64,000 nt of DNA from Lama glama (lineage: Eukaryota): positions 52,020,001 through 52,084,000 of the forward strand of contig CM052816.1 in assembly GCA_028534125.1 (NCBI GenBank), given 5' to 3'. This document shows positions 25,701-35,594 of the stretch, piece after piece; within the stretch, counting starts at the first letter, position 1, and every line of letters starts with the position of its first letter. The notes beneath the pieces were generated by a model. It saw nothing but the letters and a program-made list of their open reading frames with translations. It had not been told where the DNA came from and made no database searches. Position numbers and translations under genes: made by a program.

Positions 25701-27227
25701 CCCCGTCCTAACTGGATTTGAAATTTCTTGAAGTTCAGTGGATTTAAGTATCTCCTTAGTAAGACACTTTTCAAGACTATTCAGTCTTCACACCTGGAGT
25801 TAGACTTTGATTATCTCCCTAGAACACTTTGAGCCTCAGTGTTACCATAGGTAAAAATCAAAATATACCACAAATCTCCAAGAGCTGAAGTGAGGTTCAA
25901 ATTAGATGAGATAATGGAAGACAGCACTGAGCTTGGCACATACAAGGTACCTACTAAATTCAGATTCCCTTCCCCTTAAACACCTTCAACTGGAATAAAA
26001 GGTAAGTTTTTCACTTTCCATTAATGGAGCTTTTTTTTAGAAAGACGTACCACCAACACACATTTCTGAGGAAAAGAACACCACTTAAAATTTTCCATAA
26101 CTAAATGCATTTTTATTATATCACCATAACTATCCCTAAGAAGTTGCCACTATGGAAGGTTTGATAGGAGAGACCTGCCATCACCCAAAGACCCAAAGTG
26201 AAATCTTGTGTCACTACTGAGAAAACAGAGCAATACAAATACTCCTTCAACCTAAGCAATTTGGAAAGTGAAAAACATCTTTCTTTTCTCTTCTTAACTG
26301 AAAACAGAGGAAGGAAGGAAGAAAGGAAGGACCTTAATTTTCTTTTGTCAATCAACTTACTTTGAATTATTATTTAGAAGAAGCAAACCAATGAGTGTTT
26401 TCTTCTTATAACTTACCTAAAAACAGACCTAATTAGAATTTTTAAGTTATTTGAAGAAGTAGAATTTAAACTGGCAAGAATGATTAGAGGCATTTCATAG
26501 CAAGAATTACATCAACTACAGTGACTGTCAATGACATTATATCACCCTCCAACATGAATGTTAAGAGTGGTTTTGTCTCAAGCAATGATGTTTCCATAGT
26601 TCTGCACATTTGCTAACCTGATTTATCAAAATGTCCACTTCAATCACCTGCTTGACCTTACTACTTAGATGCAGTATTTATTACAGAGACTGGTAATCTT
26701 TAAATCTTGTGAAATTGTCCTTCAAATTCTCTACACAGCAAAAAGTTCACACTATCAGTTATAACCTTAGAAACAGGAAATGTCATTATTGGAAGGCAAC
26801 TTAGAAATCATCTTAGCCAAACTCTTACTTTTTAATTATTAAAAAATGGATCTCATTAACAGAAAAAACCAGAGGAAACGTTAAGAGATTTGCCTAAAGA
26901 CGTCACACAGAAACGTGGTGGAGGAAACCCATTCTGCCTCCCTACGTCCTGTTTCAAGCCCTAACCTTACACTATATTTATGGGGTTGATGGAGACATTT
27001 CTGTGGAAAGCTCCAGAAGCACACTTGGAGAAGCATACCTTGACATGATCCCTGCTCAGTGCCCTGCATCCGCTCTCTACCTGGCCAGTTTCACAGGTCC
27101 ACCATGTCTAGGTGCTCCGGGTGAAGTGAACACATTAGCAACACAAATGAACTGAAGGAGAACCAATTGCATAAACTGTGTAGATCAAGGTAGGTTGTTT
27201 CTTCTCGTTTCTTATCTCTGCAGTTTC

Positions 27228-27360
27228 TTTTTCTTTTCTTTTTTTTGGGGGGGGTGGTAATTAGGTTTTCTTATTTATTCTTAGAGGAGGTACTAGGGAT
27301 TGAACCCAGAACCTCATGCATGCTAAGCACGGGCTCTACCGCTCTAGATATACCCTCCCC
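27228..27360 (-). mobile_element. tRNA-derived camelid-type SINE (Vic-1-like)
   Basis: A/B-box-like segments and aacctaattacc tail; TSD core tgcagtttc at 27219-27227 and 27364-27372. Confidence 0.88.
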
Positions 27361-29443
27361 TCTTGCAGTTTCGTCTCAATTCTTCAAGCACACCCAGATA
27401 GACAGTGCTGCAGAAAATACCAGTCTGCTAAGCCAACTCAAGTCACAGCAGTATGTCTAACACAAGACAAAGTTTGACAGGTTTCCCAATCCAACTCCTA
27501 ATCCATTTTGGAATGCTTGCTTTTCCACAACTCAGTTTTACTACAAACACCAAAGGTTCTAATACCTAACCTTGTTGAGATATACAAATGATTGAGAAAT
27601 ATTCGTAACTTGTATGATAATTAACATCAAAGAAGTTTTTTTCATAAGAAGACCTACTTAGGACTTCCATTAGAAAGAGGCAGAAAAGTCAAACTTTTGG
27701 AGGTTACATTTCTTTAATAAAATATGGTTTGAAGAAAACTGTCCTGAAGATGAGAGTCTGGATATTCTCTAAGTAGAAAAATTGGGGGTTTCATATGTTA
27801 ACTAGTCAGAAAGCCATGTGAGTTGCAACAGGTAACAACTGCTCACCTTCAATGCCAAAAAAAAAAAAAAAGGTGGTTATCTCCTGATATTAGTATAAAT
27901 GCAAAGAGAAAAAATAATTTGGAATTAAGTCAAAGATATATCTTCAGGATGATTTTGAGTACTCTATTTTATTTTAGACATTTTAAAAACCTATTGATTT
28001 TTGCTCCCATGGGCCTTGGAACACATACCCTTTTTAAAAAAATCTCACCAGTAGAAATGTTAGGGAAAAAAATCGATCCTGAAAAAAATCTCTACCTGTT
28101 TCCTCAAAACCTTTCTCCTGCTCTCAGTTTAAATTCTAAAATGTCTGACTTGAAATTTAAACTTATACTTCCAGTATCCATAGCTACAAAATTGGAAATC
28201 AGTTTTTTAAATGACCCCTCAACACGCCCTCCAAAACCAAAGGGCATATTCTTAAATATTCAGATCTATAAGCGTTATACCAAGTTTAATCAGCTAAGTC
28301 TGAATGATTTATAGTGAAACCAAAGTGAAAAAAAAATCAAACTTCTAGTTGATCTAGTTTTAACTCCTCTTAATTTTACACATTGTTTTATGAGCCCCCT
28401 GGGGTTATATAGGCATCTTATTCACCACTCCACCACTAGCGCCTCCCACAGCCGCCCTCGGGGGTTTGCAGTGGAAGCTGTCTGGTCTGACAAAGCTGCG
28501 AAGTATTTCCATGCAACAGCAAAGACAATCAGCCTTTTTTTTTCAAGGTGGGGACCTAGAAGCGAGGTGAGAACATTTGGGAGCATAAAATTAGTCTGCT
28601 TTAACTTTAAAAACCAAATGGTGACTGAAAAAAAAATACAAATTTCGCATTTGCAGGAATGGGGGCGGGAGTTACTAAATCTGGAGGGTATTTTCCTCCC
28701 GGAGTGCAGACATAGCAAAACTAATAAAATTATGACCCAGAATAAAAAGGTCACATTCATTTTCAACGCGTTCATTTAAAAGTACACAGAAGCGTTCTTT
28801 TTAAATGCCCGCATGTTTACACATAGCAGGAATGTGGCTACCGAATATTAATCCTGAGGGAAACGGATACACATTTATCTTCATAATTTGACCCAGCAGG
28901 CCAAATGTTAGCAAAGTGAACTGACATAAACCACAAAGACAGATTAAAAGTGACCAACAGAATGTGCCTGTCCTAGGAGCCCCGCTTGTTCCCTGCACAG
29001 CCAGCGATCAAACATCTGCAGGCACAGAAACCTACACGCACCAGCCCGGTAAAGGAGAAACCAAACTTTTCCAATTAAGTTAGTTCCGTCTTGCCAACCT
29101 AAATCCAACAGGTGTCAACACAAGTCACCACACTAAACCTTCAGAAGAAGGTGCAGAGAAGCAATGGAAGGTTAGCAGTGAAGCGGAAATGACCCGACAG
29201 CTTTCAGGATCGCGAAAAAACAAAGCCGAGCCCCTATTCCAACTGATCCCATGGAGATGGAGGACAAGGGGAAGATGGAGAAGGGTAAGCGTGTGGAGAT
29301 GCCCGACCAAGGACGCCCTAGGGGAATCCCAGATCTCGGAGGGCGGTCCCAGTGTCGGGTCGGGCCCCCGACCTCTGGAGTTGGAAGAACTGGGAATTGC
29401 CACCGCTGGAGGCAGGGAGACCGGGAGAGACTGCGCGTGGTAC

Positions 29444-29731
29444 CTGCTTGTCCAGCGCGTCCCGGGCGCCGCCTGGCCCGGCCCCGGCCCTGGGCGGCGC
29501 GAGTGCCCGCTCGCAGCTGCAGCCCTCCAGGAGATACATGCCCGCTGGGCGGCCGCTCTGCTCGCCCTCAAAGTAGAAGAGCACATTCTGGTAGAGGGCG
29601 AACCACTTTTCGTGCCAGCGGCTCGCCTCGGCCGCCTTCTTGCTCAGGAAGCCGCGCTTGGTGCCTTCTTTGCGGGCCAGGAAGGCCAGGTACAGGGCGT
29701 GCCCCTCGTTGTAGCGCACGCTCTTCTGCAT
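29444..29731 (-). CDS. RASGRF2: RASGRF2 (Ras-specific guanine nucleotide-releasing factor 2) coding exon 1, N-terminal PH domain start; partial gene, remaining exons outside window
   Basis: Translation [75 protein letters not shown]...RDALDKQ matches the RASGRF2 N-terminus as I recall it. Kozak context is ctcaccATGc. The exon ends in phase 0 at a CAG|GTACCA donor (GT at 29443-29442); 288 nt. Confidence 0.96.
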
Positions 29732-29749
29732 GGTGAGGGCGCGGGGGGC

Positions 29750-29770
29750 TCACCCCTGCCTCACGGCCAT
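29750..29770 (-). other. Upstream ORF MAVRQG* in putative 5' UTR
   Basis: gagATGG CC GTG AGG CAG GGG TGA, then 18 nt to the main ATG; same frame as the CDS. Confidence 0.6.
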
Positions 29771-30132
29771 CTCCCGCGGGTCCTCTGAGGGCGCGCCCGC
29801 TCGGCTCTCGACGGCGAAGGGCGCCCCCTTTCCTGTCGCCGCGCACAGGGCACCCCGTCGGCCTCCGGGGCGCGGCGCCGCGCGGGTCCTAGGGGCGCCG
29901 GGCTGCGGCCGGGCACCTTGTCCGCCCCAACCGCCGCCCTCCCGGCCGGGCGAAGCCGCGGGAAACCCCCCGACGCCCGCGTGGAGAGCGGTCCTGTGAG
30001 GGCGCCTGGCGGCTGCAGCTTCGCCCAAAGTTGCGGGAGCCCGAGCCCCCGCGGCGGGCTGGGGCGGCGCGACGCGCGGCAGCCTGAGGAGAACTGTCCT
30101 CGGGCAACTCGCTCCGGGAGACAGAAGGTAAA

Positions 30133-30154
30133 ACGTCACGTGGGAGATCAGCTG
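30133..30154. promoter_or_regulatory. Overlapping half-CRE/E-box (ACGTCACGTG) plus second E-box (CAGCTG)
   Basis: ACGTCA at 30133-30138 overlaps CACGTG at 30137-30142; CAGCTG at 30149-30154; all in a less GC-rich pocket of the CpG island. Confidence 0.5.
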
Positions 30155-30359
30155 TAATCGGCTTGGAGACTGATTTAAAGGGCAAAGTCGGCGCGGCGGC
30201 GGTGACGGCGGCGCAGCCCGCTCACCCCGGCGCGCGCGTCCCTCCCTCGCCCGCCGGCCCGGAGGCCGCCTCTGCTCCCGCGCGGCGCTGGGGCGGTTCG
30301 CGCGGAGGTGGAGGCGCATGGAGACGGCGCACACCCGCTCACACGCGCGCTCTATCGCA

Positions 30360-31030
30360 CGCACACACCCAAATGTCCATACTCACACACAAATGCACAC
30401 TCACACGGCAGGCACAGCCTCGACACAAATGCTCGCGTTTGCTCAGTTATACACTCACACACTCATACAAGAACACACAAATACACAATCACAAAAATTA
30501 TACACTCAACACACAAGTACTTTAGCACAAATGCACACAATGCAATACAGAAAATTACGTACTTACGTGTATACAAAAACACTCACAATGTACATTCCTA
30601 CACACAAAAACACACTCAGATACACATATAGGCAACTACACACATGCACACTGATATGCTCACCCAAACACACATTTACACACACACGTCATGTACTCAC
30701 TCAACCAAACACACATAGTATAGACACGCACACTTTAACACTCACACACACTCATAGAAACTACACACAAATACATATCCATATACATTTATACTCACAA
30801 ATTCATGGTTATACACTCACAAATATCATATACACATACATGAACACATATACACATACGAACACACAAATGCACATTCACTCAAAAATACAAATACATA
30901 CCAAAAAAATACAAATAAAAATACACAAGGATTCACAAACATACAAGTACACATTCATGCAAATTCATAAGCTTTCACAAACCCACTCACACGTACACAC
31001 ATTCACCTGCTACATCAACACATTCACACT
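30360..31030. repeat. Degenerate (CA)n-rich low-complexity tract
   Basis: ~670 bp of CA/TA alternations, strongly G-depleted on the + strand. Confidence 0.9.
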
Positions 31031-33197
31031 CATCCACGACTGCGTTACCATGGCAGTGGGTGGGATCACAGGATGGCTTTGCATAACGCGCAGCCTTGAC
31101 TTTTCCGTGTGTACCTGCACTGTTGTATTTAAAACTCGAGGTGAAGGTTAATGTATGTGACTCCCCTGTTTCCAGGAAGGTATAAGAGGCTGCTGGTTCC
31201 CTTTCAACGACCATGATTTCTCAGGATTAGGATGAAAGAAACCAAATTTTAAGCCCAGAGTTTTCAACCAGAAGAAAATAACCTAAGCAAGGGAGACTTG
31301 CTGCCCCTGGCAGAATCTACCCCCAGAGGCCATGCTGTCATAGATTCATTAGATACTCTTACTGGGACTGGGATTCATTTGATTAACAAATCTCGCAGGT
31401 TCCGCCAGAAAACCAAGACCCCTACTATAAAATATAAGTGAAAAAGAAATGATGTGCCCAGCAGCTGCGAGAGGAAGCTAGTGAACACCCCAGGGAGTGC
31501 CAGTATTTCATTCTGCTATGTACATTTTTTAGTCCTCTTAGTCACTTATAAAAATAGTTTGCCATAAAGTGTTTATTGTTCAAGATAAAATAATAATAAC
31601 AATAAAATCTTTTTCTGGACCATGAACGTACCACAATATACCTGTCTTGTACCACTAGTTGTGTGTTCATTAATTAGTAGCCCAGGGGTTCTGCTTTTTC
31701 CGTAAGTGCTGTTTTTGCAGAATATTTTAATTCTGCCTCACTGAGCAGCTGAGTGTTTTTTCCATTTTACCTCAAAAAAAATTCACTATTAAAAACTACA
31801 TAGTGGGGAAATTGCCATTTGAAGTTACAGTGTGAGAACAGTGGTCATTTCTCTTTACATATTTTTAAATATCTAAAGGACAATGCTTTCCTAATTTGGG
31901 TTTTACCCAGCTGGGAACTTGCATTGTTCCTTAGAGGAGATACCAGTATAGAGACAGTAAGTAAACATGGACAAGGTTTTGAGCCAGATTCTAAAGGCAG
32001 AAGAAGTGGCAGTGGCCCCGGGAGGCTTTTCATTTTCTTCCCTGTGATCCAAACCCTATAAGTGAGATGACAGGGGTGTAGCTGACGAGCTCCATTTTTG
32101 AGCAGAAACCATTAAGGGTGTGAAAAACAATTTTGCAGTGAGTATTCAGAACTTCTGACCACTTGTGTGTTTTCAGTAAGCAATGCCTCTGGTGTTGAGG
32201 CTAATTTCAGTGCTTATTTATCCTTTCTGTCTAGTCAGAGGTCCTTTTGATTTGAACCACACTAAGTATTCTTTTCAGCCTCTAGTCTGTCATCACTTCC
32301 TACCATGTAAGGTGCTGTGTCTGTCATATGCTCCCTCACAGTAGAGAAAGGAACTCTGTTTTCTTCCAAAAGTTGGCTGGTGATCATTATGGATTTTAAT
32401 TATGGAAATCCATGGAATTTTCATAATTCCAAAAATTTATTTATTTATTGACCACCTGTTTATGTCCTCAACACTATATTTAGGTGATATCGAGGATATA
32501 GGGCCTCTGCCCCTAGTGTGCTCAGTCTATTAGGAACAGGATTTAACATTTAGATACTTCTCACCTGACTGTGGGCTCCTTCAAGGCAGGGCTGCAGCAC
32601 CCAGTAGGAGAGCTTATAGGCAGTAGGCATACAAGTGATTCATAAATGTTTCCTAAATTCATTTAATATTTGGTCACTGAATTATTAAAGAGGGCACACA
32701 TATTAGTAAGTATCGGATCATCCTGCAAGACGGCAAGAGATGGAAACAACCAGGAATCCCTGGACATTCTAGAGACACTATATCCAGTGAGTGTCTGATG
32801 GGCATTTGTGGGCTTTTAGCTTCCTTCATTCATATGGAAACTGTACCCTGGAATGTTGCCATCTTGAAACACAAAGGGCCAGGAAGTTATGTAAATGAGG
32901 ATGCTTTATCCCCAGCTGATCAAACAGGTTGGCGAAAGGGACTGTGTTCCAAGTGGGTGGGAGCAAGTTCTTCTGTGAATTCATTGTTTTTCTCTCTTGC
33001 ATTTCACAGATTCTTTCCTGAAAGGGTCAGTTTAAGTTGATTTTCGAGGACAACAATGCATATCTCATTGAAAATGGTGAAAGTGTCCTCTGCCTTCTCC
33101 TAGGCAAGTTATTAGAAAAAATTAGCAGTGAACCACCATATCTGGAAACCCTTATTATTACTTATAGAGGGAGACGATTTCCAGATAGTTTGACCAA

Positions 33198-33285
33198 AAA
33201 GGAAGGGAGGGAGAGAGGGAAGGAGGAAGGAAGACCGAAAGGAAAGAAGGAAGGAAAAGAGGGAGGGAGGGAGGAAGGAAGGAAA
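33198..33285. repeat. Polypurine (GGAA/GGGA)n tract
   Basis: ~90 bp almost purely A/G on the + strand. Confidence 0.85.
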
Positions 33286-34011
33286 TTTCATCTGAGTTGT
33301 CCAAAGCTATTAAGGTTGGGGAGGTAGAGGTGGGGAGCTCATTCTACATGGGTAAAACCTAATCTATAACTTTTCCAAATCATGTGTGAGAAGACATTCC
33401 AGGAGAGGGCTCTGTGGCAAAATGCTATTCAGCAGTTAGGAGGACAACAGACGAGAAAGTGCAGCAGCAGCAGGCAGGGTCTGGAGGGTGTGGTGTCCCA
33501 GAAGCTATTCGAAGAAAGCGTTTGGAGAAAGAGGCAGTGATCAGCTGTTTCACATGCTGCTTTGATGTCAAGTTAGATGCACAGAGAACTGACCACTGAG
33601 TTTGGACAACGGGGGGGACTGTTGGTAACTGTGACCACTGTGGTTTCAGTGGCATGGTGGGGCTAACAAGACTGAATGGAGTGGTTCACACACATTTTAT
33701 ATATATATAAGGATGCAAGTCAAAATATTAGGAAAAACTGCCTCAATCAACTTACCAGGATGGACTTGGAAGCCCAACACTCAGATCATCTCACTCTGAG
33801 CAGAGCCAGCTGTTGGCCCCTATAGGTAAGTGCCAGGAACATTCTGACCCCAGTCAGTTCATCAGGTGCCCCAGGACCACATACACCTGGGTGAGAAGCG
33901 CTGCTGAGTTTGGGGGAGATACACTACCACAGGAGAATTTGCTACAGAGAAGGACACATGATTAAACCCTGTCAAGGTCATCCAGCTGGTAATGATAAGA
34001 CTGAATCCAAT

Positions 34012-34513
34012 TGTCGACTGAAATAAAATGCACAACCTAAAAGCTGAGAGTTATATTTTATTCGGTGGGTTTCCCGAGGACTCCAGCTCAGGACAGAGCA
34101 TCTCAGCTGTCTCTAAGAGGCTATTCCAAAGTGGCAAGGTAGAAGCCAGGATATATGAGTTTTTGCAACAAAGACTAGGAAGTTGGAATATCAAAAGATT
34201 ACTGTTATTAAAGAAAACCAGATATCTCAGGTTCAGGAATGTAGTGCTTTTCTATGTATGGGAAGGTGCAAAGTTCTGGGCTCACTAAAATCATTCCTTT
34301 GATGTGCACCTAGCCATCTAGGGCCAGTGCCCTGTTCTTTGCCATCCTGAGTTCCCTCAGAGTGCACCACTGTGGGTGGTTGCAAAGGTAGGCTGCCTTT
34401 TTGTCTGCATCTGAGTTCCCGCCATTCACTGAGGGGTGGCAGTAGCAGCTGATGACTTGATGGCCACAGCATCCTTTGTTCACCAGTAGGGCTGGCAATA
34501 TTTTTCATTCACA
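34012..34513 (-). mobile_element. ERV1-type solo LTR
   Basis: TG...CA termini; flanks caat/cagt (4-bp TSD, 1 mismatch); minus-strand AATAAA near 34057-34062; resembles artiodactyl ERV1 LTRs as recalled. Confidence 0.8.
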
Positions 34514-34533
34514 CAGTCTTATCACAGACACTG

Positions 34534-34675
34534 GGAGGGAGGGCACAGCTCAGTGGTAGAGCACATGACTAGCATGCCCAAGGTTCTGGGTTCAATCCTC
34601 AGTACCTCCACTAAAATAAATAAATAAACCTAATTACTTCCCCCAAAACAAAAACAAAACAAAACAAGAGACTAA
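34534..34675 (+). mobile_element. tRNA-derived camelid-type SINE (Vic-1-like)
   Basis: cagctcagtggtagagc (A box), gggttcaatcc (B box), aataaataaacctaattacttccccc + (CAAAA)n tail; TSD acagacactg / acagacagtg. Confidence 0.88.
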
Positions 34676-35369
34676 ACAGACAGTGCTTGTCCAAATGGTC
34701 ACACGTGGGGCTATCTGACTGCTTCAGCAAGGAGTCTCGTTAGCCCACTATATACCACCAAAGACCAAGCAAATGTTCTCAGCAGCTCCGTGTCGTATTC
34801 TGGGTTCAGTTTCTCCTTGTGCTGTAGATTCAGATGCAGATGGTGGAGGGCACAGGCTGCATGCCTTTGCTTAGGCTGAACTCTGAAAGTTTTGAAACCT
34901 TAGGGATACGAAGTAGAAAAGGAGTGGGAGAGGCTGTGGGAGTGATTTGAAAACCATAAACTATTTTCTGTCTCTTAGGAGCTGGAGCCTTGGATTTTCC
35001 TTTGGTGTAGAAATTGTTCCTTCAGAATAAGCCCTTGGATAGGCTCTTTAGTTCAGAAATCTAAAGCAAATGCCCTCTCATCATTCTAGGAGAAAACTGA
35101 CGGGATCTGAATGCGGGTGTTTGGGCTGGGAAGCTCAGTGTTCTGCAGTACGTGTCGCTGTGTGCACAGCTGCTCTGGGAAGAGACGGTTCTTTTTCTTC
35201 GGGCAGAGACTGGCTGGGTCCAGAAACGAAAGCTCTGCTCTTCCCTCCCTACCACATAACTGGGTTTTGGCCAGATGTGCTGTGGGCAGATGTGATGGGC
35301 GCCTCTTTCTAGGTCCGGTCAGGATCATCTCTGCTCTCTCTCCTTATCCTTGGTAAGACTGAAGACACA

Positions 35370-35545
35370 TACTGAAGCCAGCAAGGCCACGAGATGGAAG
35401 AAGGCACTGTCTCTTAGTCACTCCTTGGCTTTGAGCTGCTGGAGCAGCCCAACCCATGTGAAACTGTGACAAACACAAAACATAAAATTCTGTTGTATCA
35501 AGCCACAGAGTCTGAGTTTCTTGTGCTCATTGCCCTGACTGATAC
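35370..35545 (+). mobile_element. Old MaLR LTR 3' portion (MLT1-like)
   Basis: cacgagatggaagaagg...tgttgtatcaagccacagag...ccctgactgataca terminus. Confidence 0.55.
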
Positions 35546-35594
35546 ATTTCTCTGTGGATCTCAAGTACATTATACTATAAACTGTTCTTTGTAC

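Larger units (their letters stand above)
1..29443 (-). other. RASGRF2 intron 1 (5' ~29 kb; continues beyond window start)
   Basis: Follows the exon 1 donor. No ORF resembling the continuation of the PH domain was found, and the region is repeat-rich. Confidence 0.85.
29330..30360. promoter_or_regulatory. CpG island promoter / 5' UTR of RASGRF2
   Basis: Very GC-rich with dense CpG and GC-box-like GGGGCGG motifs, against CpG-poor flanks; spans exon 1 and its upstream region. The TSS cannot be placed from sequence. Confidence 0.92.

Noticed and set aside
27823..28779. 163-aa and 129-aa AT-rich ORFs
   Set aside because: Low-complexity Lys/Phe/Leu-rich composition derived from A/T runs; no coding hallmarks.
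29125..30525. Multiple overlapping 75-204 aa ORFs in the CpG island (e.g. 29189-29788 +, 29750-30364 -)
   Set aside because: GC-rich shadow ORFs around RASGRF2 exon 1; Arg/Pro/Ala/Gly-rich with no recognisable protein.
30360..31030. Analogy to the imprinting-control tandem repeat of the mouse paralogue Rasgrf1
   Set aside because: This tract has no defined repeat unit, and nothing in the sequence supports imprinting of RASGRF2.
30318..31151. 277-aa Thr/His-rich ORF
   Set aside because: It is a translation of the degenerate CA repeat; stop codons are scarce because of composition, and no domain is recognisable.
34545..34605. Possible tRNA gene (also at 18080-18140 and 27295-27360)
   Set aside because: tRNA-like heads of SINEs with tails and TSDs; no intact cloverleaf.
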